Of a stretch of DNA of 45,599 nucleotides, positions 1-8,793 are shown piece by piece (within the stretch, counting starts at the first letter, position 1; every line of letters starts with the position of its first letter). The stretch is from a virus. Lineage: Duplodnaviria; Caudoviricetes. A program made the translations under genes and the position numbers. The notes under the pieces are model-generated. The model did not search any database. It was given only the letters and a program-made list of their open reading frames with translations, and was not told where the DNA came from. The stretch spans positions 1-45,599 of IMG/VR virus record IMGVR_UViG_3300017911_001692; one strand, given 5' to 3'.

Positions 1-141
1 GCAAAGGGTATTACAAAAACAGAATTGAGCCGTGCCACTAAGAGCATGGGCAAAAGAAGACGAGACGAGGCTTTGGTGGATTTGGAAATAAATCAAGAGC
101 GCCTGACAACGGCAGAAGTGCCGAAGAAAAACGGGCGTCCA
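1..141. repeat. Terminal overlap, copy 1 (identical to 45459-45599); marks a circular assembly
   Basis: gcaaagggtattacaaaaacag...aacgggcgtcca occurs at both ends, 141 bp. Confidence 0.97.
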
Positions 142-168
142 GTCAAAAGGTACGTAGCAAATGAATGA
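1..168 (+). CDS. C-terminal end of the primase/helicase gene that starts at 43431 and wraps across the join
   Basis: Position 1 is in frame with ATG 43431; reads AKGITKTELSRATKSMGKRRRDEALVDLE...NGRPVKRYVANE, TGA at 166-168, overlapping the ATG at 161. Confidence 0.85.
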   Translation, partial: AKGITKTELSRATKSMGKRRRDEALVDLEINQERLTTAEVPKKNGRPVKRYVANE

Positions 169-1309
169 AAACCTGGAAGGCTTACGGCCTTTTGCAACAA
201 GCAAGGGTCAAAAGGAAATCCTTAATGCCCTTATAGAGTGTAATGGCGTGCGACGCCGGGCGGCTATAATGCTGGGCATTGAGCCGCATCATGTCCGGCG
301 AGCCATAAAATTGTTGAAGGGTCGGCAAGCCGCCGCGTCGCCAGCGACAGATGACATGGATAAGCGCATCTATCCTGACTATGGCATGGGCAAGATGACC
401 GTGCAACGCGGACCCGGCGGGGTCGAGCGTGTGTGGGAACGGCAGAGCCCACAGCGACGTGTTATAGAGACATGGATCAAAGAACAATGCGAAGCCGTCA
501 CGCCCCTGCCACTTATTACACCCCCGCCCCTGACAAACACAGAGCTTGTTAATTGCTACACCATGACGGACTGCCATGTCGGCATGATGGCTTGGCATAA
601 GGAAGGCGGCGCCGACTGGGACCTGGATATCGCCAGAGCCACGCTTGGCGGGTGCTTCAATCACATGGTCGACTCTGCCCCAGATGCAGAATATGGGATA
701 GTAGCCCAGCTCGGAGACTGGTTTCATTGGGACGGCTTGCAAGCTGTCACACCGACAGGCGGACATATCCTCGACGCAGACGGACGCCGCGATAAAGTCA
801 TGATGGCGGGCTTGGATATATTCCACGGCTTAGTGCAAAAGGCGCTTGAGAAACACAACAAGGTTATCTTGTTGATCGCCGAAGGCAATCACGATCTCGA
901 CAGTTCATTCTGGATGCGCACGTTTTTCAAGATGCGCTACGGCAATGAACCACGCATTGAGATCATTGACAGGTGCTTGCCATTCTACGCCTATCGTCAC
1001 GGCAAAACAATGGTGTGCTGGCACCATGGGCATATGAAGCGCAACGCTCAATTACCCCTTATGATGGCGGCTGAGTTCCCGGAAATCTGGGGAAGCACCA
1101 CCAAACGCTATTGCCATGTGGGCCACATGCACCACGTCGAGGAGAAAGAGCATAGCGGAATTATTGTGCGCCAGCACCCGACACTAGCGGCCCGCGATGC
1201 CTATGCCTCACGCCATGGCTGGCACGCCCTGCGATCTGCCTGTGCCATTACATACCACAGTGAGTATGGCGAAGTAGCCAGAAACACAGTTTATCCGGAG
1301 ATGCTCTAA
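161..1309 (+). CDS. Calcineurin-like metallophosphoesterase with N-terminal HTH-like segment
   Basis: Motifs DCHVG, GDWFHWD, GNHD, HHGH, GHMHH in metallophosphoesterase order; N-terminal 'GVRRRAAIMLGIEPHHVRRAI' is HTH-like. Confidence 0.8.
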   Translation: MNENLEGLRPFATSKGQKEILNALIECNGVRRRAAIMLGIEPHHVRRAIKLLKGRQAAASPATDDMDKRIYPDYGMGKMTVQRGPGGVERVWERQSPQRRVIETWIKEQCEAVTPLPLITPPPLTNTELVNCYTMTDCHVGMMAWHKEGGADWDLDIARATLGGCFNHMVDSAPDAEYGIVAQLGDWFHWDGLQAVTPTGGHILDADGRRDKVMMAGLDIFHGLVQKALEKHNKVILLIAEGNHDLDSSFWMRTFFKMRYGNEPRIEIIDRCLPFYAYRHGKTMVCWHHGHMKRNAQLPLMMAAEFPEIWGSTTKRYCHVGHMHHVEEKEHSGIIVRQHPTLAARDAYASRHGWHALRSACAITYHSEYGEVARNTVYPEML

Positions 1310-1310
1310 A

Positions 1311-1760
1311 GTGATCAGAACAATAATCGCGGCAGTCGCGGCGGCCACTGTCGCGGTTGCCCCCGCTTCAGCCTTTACGCAATACGGTATTTTTGCGCCG
1401 CCTAGCCAAGCGCTGAAACAAGATTTGCATGACTTGGTTTCGAGCGCTGGTGTGTCTGCCTCAATTTATGTGGTCAGGCGCGGCTCGCCGTACCGTGCAA
1501 TTCCAATGCTATCAGATATGCCCAGCAATGCTCTGGGATATGCGTCGCGCACCATAGATGGCGAGTGCTTCATATTTATCAGGAGCGACATTGCCGACGC
1601 ATATTATGGCCGCATGATGCTGGCGCATGAGTATTCACACTGCGTCGCCTGGGAAAGGTATGGCGTTGACATTCCCAGCCACGGTCAGCAATTTAAAAAC
1701 GTATGTCGCGGCCTCGCACCAAACAGCCGGTCATGTAAGTCACGCTTTTTTAAGTGGTGA
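1311..1760 (+). CDS. SprT-like Zn metallopeptidase with predicted signal peptide
   Basis: LAHEYSHC (HExxH) followed by SHGQQFK (SprT-type HG..F); hydrophobic N-terminus ending in ASA. Confidence 0.65.
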   Translation: MIRTIIAAVAAATVAVAPASAFTQYGIFAPPSQALKQDLHDLVSSAGVSASIYVVRRGSPYRAIPMLSDMPSNALGYASRTIDGECFIFIRSDIADAYYGRMMLAHEYSHCVAWERYGVDIPSHGQQFKNVCRGLAPNSRSCKSRFFKW

Positions 1761-1929
1761 TCAGCTACACACACAGGCCTCAGTCCGAGGCGCATTCATC
1801 CGACCGCAGCGCGGACACTCCCACGCTTCCGAGATACGCGTTTCCCTGATTTCCAGCCCCGCTTGTTTAAGTACATCCAGGCAGTCTGAAACCATGCCTT
1901 GTTTAGAGCTTTCATCACACCATAATGCC

Positions 1930-1976
1930 TTGACGAAGTGTCAAACGCAAACTATAAATTATTGACTTAGACACAA
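1930..1976 (+). promoter_or_regulatory. Sigma70-type promoter with two TTGA-N7-WCAA operator-like sites, upstream of the cro-like gene
   Basis: TTGACG(1930)-17 bp-TATAAA(1953); ttgacgaagtgtcaa 1930-1944; ttgacttagacacaa 1962-1976. Confidence 0.65.
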
Positions 1977-1988
1977 TTAGGCAGACCC

Positions 1989-2210
1989 ATGTTTCAGCAA
2001 ACTCAATTATCACATCTGTTAAAAGATACGTTCGGCACACCGTATGAGCTTGAGCGCATGCTGGTCGAGCGCGGCCACTCCATTACAGCGAACGGCATCT
2101 ATCGCTGGGGATACAACGGCACAGTGCCGACACGCTGGCTGAAAACCTTGGTTGCACTGGCTGAGGAAAACGGAAAAAAAATTGACATTGCTGACCTACT
2201 TTCCGATTGA
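1989..2210 (+). CDS. Small Cro-like HTH regulator
   Basis: 73 aa, 'FGTPYELERMLVERGHSITANGIYRW..NGTVP' resembles a Cro-type HTH; flanked by operator-like sites. Confidence 0.65.
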   Translation: MFQQTQLSHLLKDTFGTPYELERMLVERGHSITANGIYRWGYNGTVPTRWLKTLVALAEENGKKIDIADLLSD

Positions 2211-2235
2211 CACGTTGATAAAAGGTCAATATATT
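2207..2235 (+). promoter_or_regulatory. Near-consensus sigma70 promoter with an operator-like site in the spacer
   Basis: TTGACA(2207)-17 bp-TATATT(2230); ttgataaaaggtcaa 2215-2229. Confidence 0.7.
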
Positions 2236-2264
2236 GACCGCGTGTTGAGAAGAAAGGAAGTTAA

Positions 2265-2675
2265 ATGTCATTACCTAACACATACACAGCTGCACAGTTG
2301 CAGCAGTACCTAGCTGACGCCGCAGCGCATGAGCGCGAAGCCAAGCAGCTCAAGAGCTTGGTAAAGGAAGTCATCCTGCAGTCCTACGAGACTGGCAACC
2401 AGCCCGGCACATACACCTTCGAAGAACTCGGTTATGAGATCAAGGTCACGCGACCTAAGACTGTGAAGTGGGATAACGAAAAGCTGGCCGAGGCCGAGGC
2501 AAAAATCCGCGATCATTGGGGCTCTGACCCTGCTGAGTATATCACAACGAAGCGAACTGTTTCGGAGTCAAAATATAAGGCATGGCCGACAGACATACAA
2601 AAGATGTTTGTCGACGCCCGCACAGTAACAACAGGCGCAGAGCGCATCACCATTGAGGATAAAAGCAATGGGTAA
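2265..2675 (+). CDS. Hypothetical phage protein (first gene of the recombination/replication module)
   Basis: RBS AAGGAAG, 136 aa, directly upstream of the Sak4-like ATPase. Confidence 0.75.
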   Translation: MSLPNTYTAAQLQQYLADAAAHEREAKQLKSLVKEVILQSYETGNQPGTYTFEELGYEIKVTRPKTVKWDNEKLAEAEAKIRDHWGSDPAEYITTKRTVSESKYKAWPTDIQKMFVDARTVTTGAERITIEDKSNG

Positions 2676-2829
2676 GCGTCGTCAGTGGACTGTAAACGCA
2701 GAGGATTTGGCCTTCGGTGCGATGGCTGTCATCGCTGCAGGATATCTGGCCCTGTTCAGTGTAATGCTACTTACGCACGAAACAGTGTCAGAAAACATGG
2801 TATGTTTTGAGGATATTAAGAATGACTGA
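2668..2829 (+). CDS. Small single-TM protein (53 aa, not in ORF track)
   Basis: MGKRRQWTVNAEDLAFGAMAVIAAGYLALFSVMLLTHETVSENMVCFEDIKND; overlaps both neighbours and fills the gap. Confidence 0.55.
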   Translation: MGKRRQWTVNAEDLAFGAMAVIAAGYLALFSVMLLTHETVSENMVCFEDIKND

Positions 2830-3604
2830 TTTGACTTTAGACAGTCTGACCGACTGCGAAATCGAGCCCCCGCACGTCATCATATATGGCGGCGCGGGTG
2901 TGGGTAAAACCACATGGGCAGCATCAGCGCCCAAGCCCGTAATGATCAGGACTGAGAAGGTCGGCCCGATTAAAGGCGTCAAAATGTTTCCGCAGTCTCA
3001 GAGCTTTGACGACGTCATGTCTGCCCTGACCCTGCTGGCGACAGAAGATCATGATTTTGAAACACTGATAGTGGACAGCATTGACTGGCTGGAAACACTG
3101 GTGTGGAAGAACCTGATCGAGAAGCGTCCGACGAATGAGAAGGGTCGCCCTGTAAACGACATAACCGATTACGGTTTCGGCAAAGGCTTTGTGCATGCGC
3201 TCGATTACTGGGGTGATTATATCGAGGCCCTGAATTATCTGCGTGACGTCAAGAAGATGGCGATCATCCAGGTTGGCCACGCTCAGACAAAGCGGTTTGA
3301 TGATCCCACGTCAGACAGCTATGACCGATATCAACTCAAGCTTCACGACCGTGCTGCAGAGAAGCTGGCCGAGGGCGCTGACTGTGTTTTGTTTGCGAAA
3401 GCAAATCACAGCACAACCAAGGAAGATGTCGGCTTCAATAGCGAGAAGACACGTGCGGTGGGCGCAGGCGAGCGCTTCCTGCATACCGATCTTCGACCGG
3501 CGTATGACGCAAAAAATCGTTACGACTTGCCAGAGCGCATTGCGATGCCCAGAGAGAACGGCTTCTGGGAGCTGGCGAAACACTTAGAATTTTACCAAGG
3601 CTAG
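2822..3604 (+). CDS. Sak4-like (AAA_24) ATPase / ssDNA-annealing protein
   Basis: Walker A YGGAGVGKTT, Walker B-like LIVDSIDWLE, C-terminal AKNRYDLP; start moved to ATG 2822 after GAGGA. Confidence 0.85.
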   Translation: MTDLTLDSLTDCEIEPPHVIIYGGAGVGKTTWAASAPKPVMIRTEKVGPIKGVKMFPQSQSFDDVMSALTLLATEDHDFETLIVDSIDWLETLVWKNLIEKRPTNEKGRPVNDITDYGFGKGFVHALDYWGDYIEALNYLRDVKKMAIIQVGHAQTKRFDDPTSDSYDRYQLKLHDRAAEKLAEGADCVLFAKANHSTTKEDVGFNSEKTRAVGAGERFLHTDLRPAYDAKNRYDLPERIAMPRENGFWELAKHLEFYQG

Positions 3605-3615
3605 GAGAAAAATTA

Positions 3616-4077
3616 ATGGCTAATTTAGGACAAACATTCGACGCCTCACAGGTGACCCCGCAGGGCAGCTATGAGGTTATACCGGCGGGCGATTACCCCG
3701 CGATGATTACGCGCTCTGATATGAAGGACACGAAATCAGGGACAGGTAAATATCTCGAACTTGAGATCGACCTGCAGGACGGATCTGGACGCAAGCTGTG
3801 GGACAGATTGAACCTGATCAATCAGAACAGCAAGGCCGTTGAGATTGCACAACGCCAGTTGTCCTCGATCTGTCACGCTATTAACGTATTGAACGTGCAG
3901 GACAGTGAGCAGCTCCATGGCCGACTTATGACCGTGCGCGTCACTGTCAAGGAAGACCCGTCTTATGGCCCTCGCAATGAGGTTAAGGCGTACCTTCCTA
4001 CGCAAGAGACATCACCGCAACTCTCCCCATCAGCGACCCCAAGCGCTGGTGTTTTCATTCCTCCTTGGAAGCGGTGA
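3616..4077 (+). CDS. DUF669-like single-stranded DNA-binding protein
   Basis: IPAGDYPAMI...KSGTGKYLELE...NEVKAY with a PPWKR tail; follows the Sak4-like gene; RBS AGGAG. Confidence 0.8.
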   Translation: MANLGQTFDASQVTPQGSYEVIPAGDYPAMITRSDMKDTKSGTGKYLELEIDLQDGSGRKLWDRLNLINQNSKAVEIAQRQLSSICHAINVLNVQDSEQLHGRLMTVRVTVKEDPSYGPRNEVKAYLPTQETSPQLSPSATPSAGVFIPPWKR

Positions 4078-4084
4078 TTTAACT

Positions 4085-4129
4085 GGCCGCCAGCGTCTTT
4101 CCTCCTTTGGGCGCTGGCGGTCTTTTTTT
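4085..4129 (+). terminator. Rho-independent terminator
   Basis: Stem ggccgccagcgtc / ggcgctggcggtc followed by T7. Confidence 0.8.
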
Positions 4130-4143
4130 CGGGAGAGATAAAC

Positions 4144-4971
4144 ATGGTCGAGATACCAACACCACAACAACAAACACGCGATAAAATATATGCGTGGGAA
4201 GAACAGAACCAGGAAGACAGCAGACGCGAACATCTGGGCGGTTCACTGATAGGTCGGGAGTGTGAACGCCAGCTCTGGTATGGCTTCCGCTGGGCATCAA
4301 ACAAAAAACATGACGGGCGGTTGTTGCGGCTGTTTCGTCGCGGACATGAGGAAGAAGATCGTTTTGTTAAAGCATTACGCGGAATTGGGTGCGAGGTCCA
4401 TGAGGTGGATGATAGTGGCAATCAGTATCGCATGCGCGATCTTGGCGGGCATTTTGGCGGCTCCATTGATGGCGCTGTGTTGGGTCTGCCTGAAGCTCCA
4501 AAAACTTGGCACCTGACAGAGTTCAAGACACATAACGATAAGTCCTTCAAAGCGCTTGAGAAGGCAGGCGTGCAGGAGTCGAAGCCAGAACATTATGCCC
4601 AAATGCAGGTCTACATGCATTATACCGGGCTGACCCGCGCACTATATATGGCCGTCAACAAGAACGATGACGCCATATATACCGAGCGCATTAAGTACGA
4701 TGTAGCGCACGCCACAACACTGATTGAGAAAGCCAGACGCGTTATCACACGCGGCACCCCGCCTGAACGCATAGGCGGCCCGGACTGGTACAAGTGCAAG
4801 TGGTGCGACTTTAATGCCATATGCCACCAAGGCGCGGCGCCCGACAAAAATTGCCGGACATGCAGGCATTCGAAACCAAACATTGAGCAAGGCGGTTGGA
4901 CCTGCCTACAAGATTGTGAAATGGGGGATGGCCGGAGCGAGCTTCCGTGCTATGAGCCCAGAGAAATGTAA
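4144..4971 (+). CDS. Cas4-like PD-(D/E)xK exonuclease
   Basis: SIDG, EFKT, QMQVYM motifs; one N-terminal Cys plus CKWCDFNAIC cluster, then CRTCRH. Confidence 0.8.
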   Translation: MVEIPTPQQQTRDKIYAWEEQNQEDSRREHLGGSLIGRECERQLWYGFRWASNKKHDGRLLRLFRRGHEEEDRFVKALRGIGCEVHEVDDSGNQYRMRDLGGHFGGSIDGAVLGLPEAPKTWHLTEFKTHNDKSFKALEKAGVQESKPEHYAQMQVYMHYTGLTRALYMAVNKNDDAIYTERIKYDVAHATTLIEKARRVITRGTPPERIGGPDWYKCKWCDFNAICHQGAAPDKNCRTCRHSKPNIEQGGWTCLQDCEMGDGRSELPCYEPREM

Positions 4972-6545
4972 TGAAACTCAGACCATATCAATCCGAATCA
5001 GTACAGGCGATCTATGATTATTTTAGCAAGTCAACAGGTAACCCGCTGGTCTCCCTGCCAACAGGCACAGGCAAAAGCGTGGTCATCGCGGCCTTCATAC
5101 GCAAAGCGCTGCAAGACTATCCTGACACGCGGGTGTTCGGCCTTACGCATGTTAAGGAATTAATCCAGCAAAATTACGCCAAGCTGGTGGCCATGGCCCC
5201 GGAGATCAGCGCGGGGATATATAGCGCAGGGCTTGGTAAACGAGATCTGCAGCACAATGTCATCTTCGGTGGCATCCAGTCGCTGCATCGCAAGGGCCTC
5301 AATGTCGGGCAGGTCGATCTGATCCTGGTTGATGAGGCCCACCTCATGCCGCGCAATTCCAACACTATGTATGGCCGGTTTCTGAAAGATGTTCGGGTGC
5401 ATTCGCCTCATGTCAAACTGATCGGCCTGACCGCCACGCCATACCGCATGGACACTGGCTGTCTGGTGACAGGCAAGAATGCCCTGTTTGACGAGATCGT
5501 GTATGAGATGTCGATCAGGGACGCCATCGAGCAAGGCTGGCTCAGCGAGCCCGTGCCGAAGCGCACAGATGTGCAGCTGGATGTGTCTGGCGTAGGCACC
5601 CGCGCTGGCGAGTTTATCCCCAGCCAGCTGGCAGCAGCGGTGGATATAGACGAGGTAACACAGGCCGCAGTGTCAGAGATCATTACCTATGGCCGTGACC
5701 GCAAGTCATGGCTGGTGTTTTGCTCTGGAGTGGATCACGCCTTGCATGTCAGAGACGCCATGAGATCGCACGGCATATCGTGCGAGACTGTGACGGGACA
5801 GACGCCAGCCAATGCGCGTGCGCGTATATTACAGGATTATGCGCAAGGCCGCATAAAGTGCCTGACAAATATGTCCGTGCTGACTACGGGATTTGACGCG
5901 CCCGCCACCGATCTCGTGGCGTTGCTCAGACCCACCAAGTCCCCCGGCCTGCTGGTTCAAATGATCGGGCGCGGCACCCGGCTGGCTGTTTCTAAGGAAA
6001 ATTGTCTGGTCTTAGATTTCTCAGGAAATTTTGAGCGCCATGGGCCCATCGATCGTATCAAGGTGAAACAGAAGTCTGAGCCAAGCGGGGAAGGCGAAGC
6101 CCCTGTTAAGGTGTGCCCGAAATGTCACACCATTTGTTATGCGGGTGTGTCGACCTGTCAGGATTGCGGCTTTGAGTTTCCGCCACCGGAAAAGGACATT
6201 CGCAAGCAGGCCGCAAGTGATGCGATACTGTCAAGCCAGCTCAAGCCCGCCTGGGTGGACGTCAAGAGTGTGCATTATCGCAAGCACGAAAAGCGCGGCA
6301 AGCCGCCATCACTATGCGTCGAGTATCTGTGCGGTTTCCAAGTCCATAAGGAATGGATATTCGTTGAACACACTGGCTTCCCACGGCAGAAGGCATGCCG
6401 CTGGTGGGCCAGCAAAACAGATAAGCCCGTGCCGGCAACCGTTGACGAGGCACTGAGTTTAACTCAATATTTAAATACACCATCTAGTATCCGTCTTGAG
6501 CAAGACGGCAAATATAAACGAGTAGCAGGATATCAATATGAGTAA
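4971..6545 (+). CDS. SF2 DExH helicase with Zn ribbon (RadD/YejH-like)
   Basis: LRPYQ, PTGTGKS, DEAH, TATP, TGFD, QMIGRGTR; CPKC...CQDC. Confidence 0.92.
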   Translation: MKLRPYQSESVQAIYDYFSKSTGNPLVSLPTGTGKSVVIAAFIRKALQDYPDTRVFGLTHVKELIQQNYAKLVAMAPEISAGIYSAGLGKRDLQHNVIFGGIQSLHRKGLNVGQVDLILVDEAHLMPRNSNTMYGRFLKDVRVHSPHVKLIGLTATPYRMDTGCLVTGKNALFDEIVYEMSIRDAIEQGWLSEPVPKRTDVQLDVSGVGTRAGEFIPSQLAAAVDIDEVTQAAVSEIITYGRDRKSWLVFCSGVDHALHVRDAMRSHGISCETVTGQTPANARARILQDYAQGRIKCLTNMSVLTTGFDAPATDLVALLRPTKSPGLLVQMIGRGTRLAVSKENCLVLDFSGNFERHGPIDRIKVKQKSEPSGEGEAPVKVCPKCHTICYAGVSTCQDCGFEFPPPEKDIRKQAASDAILSSQLKPAWVDVKSVHYRKHEKRGKPPSLCVEYLCGFQVHKEWIFVEHTGFPRQKACRWWASKTDKPVPATVDEALSLTQYLNTPSSIRLEQDGKYKRVAGYQYE

Positions 6546-6924
6546 TCAACTACACGCCATCTCAGCTGTGTCTCACATTACAGACTGTTTCCGGTCTATC
6601 GAGGATGATATGCCAGTCAGTTATGTGAGAGTGTTTCTGTTTGTCGCTAGGCATATGTCTGTGCATAACGAACCGCCCAGCGTGTCAGATATATCCGAGG
6701 GTATGGATATGTATAGTCCGACTGTGTCGCGCATCACAAGCGCTTTAGGGGATAGGCGTATGGGTGCAAGGCGCGTAGGACAGGAGCCCGCAAAGGGGTC
6801 TAGGAAGGCGCTAGGCTTGCTAGAACGACGCATTGATCCCAAGGATGCCCGCATAACCCGCTGGGCTCTGGCGCCCAAGGGGAAGCGCTTACTGTCCACT
6901 GTGTGTGAGCAGGTGGAACGATGA
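6538..6924 (+). CDS. MarR-like winged-HTH regulator
   Basis: PSVSDISEGMDMYSPTVSRITSAL HTH; wing GLLERRIDPKDARITRWALAPKGK. Confidence 0.75.
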   Translation: MSNQLHAISAVSHITDCFRSIEDDMPVSYVRVFLFVARHMSVHNEPPSVSDISEGMDMYSPTVSRITSALGDRRMGARRVGQEPAKGSRKALGLLERRIDPKDARITRWALAPKGKRLLSTVCEQVER

Positions 6925-7130
6925 CCGACATGGTAAACCACCCGCCTCATTACACTGGCCATCCGTCCGGCGTTGAGTGCATCACAATTACTCAGCACAT
7001 GACGTTTTGTCTGGGCAATGCTGTCAAGTATATCTGGCGCGTGGATGACAAAGGCGATCCAATCCAGAACTTGGAAAAGGCGATATGGTATTTGCAGCAA
7101 GAAATAGAGCGCAGGAAAGGTGACGCGTGA
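6921..7130 (+). CDS. DUF3310 family (T7 gp1.7-related) protein
   Basis: DMVNHPPHY...ECI...FCLGNAVKYIWR...KGDPIQNLEKAIWYL. Confidence 0.88.
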   Translation: MTDMVNHPPHYTGHPSGVECITITQHMTFCLGNAVKYIWRVDDKGDPIQNLEKAIWYLQQEIERRKGDA

Positions 7131-7467
7131 CATGGTTTACGACCGCTCACGTAATGAGCTGAATGCGTTTGACTGGAAGATGCTGGGCGTCGATCCCAAG
7201 GAACCACGCATCAAACGCATTCGGCTTGACGTGCCTTTGCCCTACGACCGCGAAGGCTTTTACATTCTGGCTGATATTTTTGAACACTTATCTATTGACA
7301 TGAAGTCAATAGGTGATAGGTTGAGTGACAGACAGCGCACGAAGATGACATCAGCTCAATGGCGCATCCGAGATTACGCTGTCGTGTTTGTCAATTTGTG
7401 GAAGAAATGGCAGGCAGAACTAACAGTCCCAGATCGGGACAGAAAAGAAGGAGATACCAAGGAATGA
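7120..7467 (+). CDS. Hypothetical protein
   Basis: 115-aa ORF coupled to its neighbours by short overlaps. Confidence 0.6.
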   Translation: MTRDMVYDRSRNELNAFDWKMLGVDPKEPRIKRIRLDVPLPYDREGFYILADIFEHLSIDMKSIGDRLSDRQRTKMTSAQWRIRDYAVVFVNLWKKWQAELTVPDRDRKEGDTKE

Positions 7468-7667
7468 CCCAGTCACTTACACAGCAGATCGCCGAGCGTG
7501 AGATGCGCCAAGCCCGCCTTGTGCGCGGACGCGTTATGGACATGAGGGACGATCTTAGTTCTGCCCAGCTGGCCGCGCTTGCGCCAGTCATGGCCCAGCT
7601 CAAGAGCCGTGAGACACACGCCGTATGCGTGGCCGTGCAAGAAGAAATTGAGGGGCAGATCCAATGA
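7464..7667 (+). CDS. Hypothetical protein
   Basis: ATGA overlaps at both ends; GGAG upstream of ATG 7464. Confidence 0.6.
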   Translation: MTQSLTQQIAEREMRQARLVRGRVMDMRDDLSSAQLAALAPVMAQLKSRETHAVCVAVQEEIEGQIQ

Positions 7668-7858
7668 ACTGGTTTCCCATAGAAACAGCGCCACAAGATG
7701 GCAGACGCATCCTTCTCTGGGCAGAAGGCTTTCCATATCCCCTCACCTGCTGGTGGAAGCGTGGCAAATGGGTGACCGATGATCACCTCAATCCTAAAAA
7801 GTCAGAGGCCCCAATATTGTGGGCGCCGCTGATGGCACCATCGAGGGCGGACGCATGA
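7664..7858 (+). CDS. DUF551-like small phage protein
   Basis: MNWFPIETAPQDGRRILLW...PILWAPL. Confidence 0.75.
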   Translation: MNWFPIETAPQDGRRILLWAEGFPYPLTCWWKRGKWVTDDHLNPKKSEAPILWAPLMAPSRADA

Positions 7859-8040
7859 ACACAGATGACGCAATCCTGGTCGCGGGCGTCCTGCTCGTGA
7901 CCGTCGCCGTCTTCTTCGTGGCAATGATTGAAGGCAGGACATTTAGCGATAGATGTGCTGAGACCTTTATTAAAGGCACGCCAGAACATACCGAGTGCGT
8001 AAAGCGCATGTTATCGGGTGCCTTACATGCAGACGAGTGA
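7855..8040 (+). CDS. Small membrane-anchored protein
   Basis: MNTDDAILVAGVLLVTVAVFFVAMI TM helix plus two Cys; ATGA overlap. Confidence 0.6.
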   Translation: MNTDDAILVAGVLLVTVAVFFVAMIEGRTFSDRCAETFIKGTPEHTECVKRMLSGALHADE

Positions 8041-8056
8041 GCCAGTCACGGCGATA

Positions 8057-8121
8057 TTCCCGAACGGGTAAATCTGCATTCAAAGTAATGGCGTCAAGAG
8101 AAACATTCCCGAGCGGGAAAA
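8057..8121. repeat. Pair of short palindromes TTCCCG-NN-CGGG
   Basis: ttcccgaacgggtaa (~8057) and ttcccgagcgggaa (~8106). Confidence 0.6.
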
Positions 8122-8158
8122 AGGACGCTCCTAATTATTACGAGAAAGACGAAAGATT

Positions 8159-8560
8159 ATGACGCACAATTTTTCATTCCCAACGATCTGGGATAAATGG
8201 ATCAAGAAGTCGGCTCATGTTGGTAGCCGAGCAACCTGTGCCCCTGCGCCCCTAAACACAGATGAAGACCACCTGATACTGGTCGGCTCATTTTGGAGTG
8301 AATGGATGCTGGGCCGAGCTATTGTGAAGCACGGCTTCACGCAGGATGTGGGCGCTGGCTACTGCCCCTCTGTGATGCCCGGCATGGACGGTATATTTAA
8401 ATCTTACCGCCTTGACGATGTGAACCTGATCGTCACCAGACAGAAGCGCTTTTTCAGGAAGTTTCTGGCAGCTACTTATGTGGCTAAGGTTTTAAACCTG
8501 ACGCGCAAACGAGATCGCGTCAGTTTGTTTCAAGCCGTGCTTTACGGTAACAGTTCTTAA
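8159..8560 (+). CDS. Hypothetical protein, possible minimal nucleotidyltransferase fold
   Basis: HVGSR...NTDEDHLILV resembles the Pol-beta-type GS...DxD signature. Confidence 0.55.
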   Translation: MTHNFSFPTIWDKWIKKSAHVGSRATCAPAPLNTDEDHLILVGSFWSEWMLGRAIVKHGFTQDVGAGYCPSVMPGMDGIFKSYRLDDVNLIVTRQKRFFRKFLAATYVAKVLNLTRKRDRVSLFQAVLYGNSS

Positions 8561-8646
8561 TGGCGACGAGATACAGAAACTACAGAAATTTCTGTAGCTA
8601 CAGGAGCAAGGCGTCCGTGAGGCTCTGATCAAGCATCGGTGTTTTA

Positions 8647-8707
8647 CGGGGATAACCACCCCTTTTTGTCCACACTACATTTTGTGGCACTGAGTAACAT
8701 CATTACG
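8647..8707 (+). repeat. Cassette leader repeat, copy 1
   Basis: cggggata-N14-tccacactacattt-N7-ctgagt-N6-attacg; same blocks at 9705-9764. Confidence 0.8.
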
Positions 8708-8793
8708 CGAAGAACGTAATTTCCTTGCGAATGTGGAAACAGCACAAAGGAGCAATTCCTAAAGCTATCAGTTTGTTATATGATTGGGATATT

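Noticed and set aside
1-141. 141-bp terminal repeat as a physical direct terminal repeat of the virion DNA
   Set aside because: It lies in the middle of a gene, and its length equals a common maximum assembler k-mer; better explained as a circular assembly overlap
4144-4971. Cas4-like gene as part of a CRISPR-Cas system
   Set aside because: No cas1/cas2 and no repeat-spacer array; its context is the usual Sak4-SSB-nuclease-helicase module
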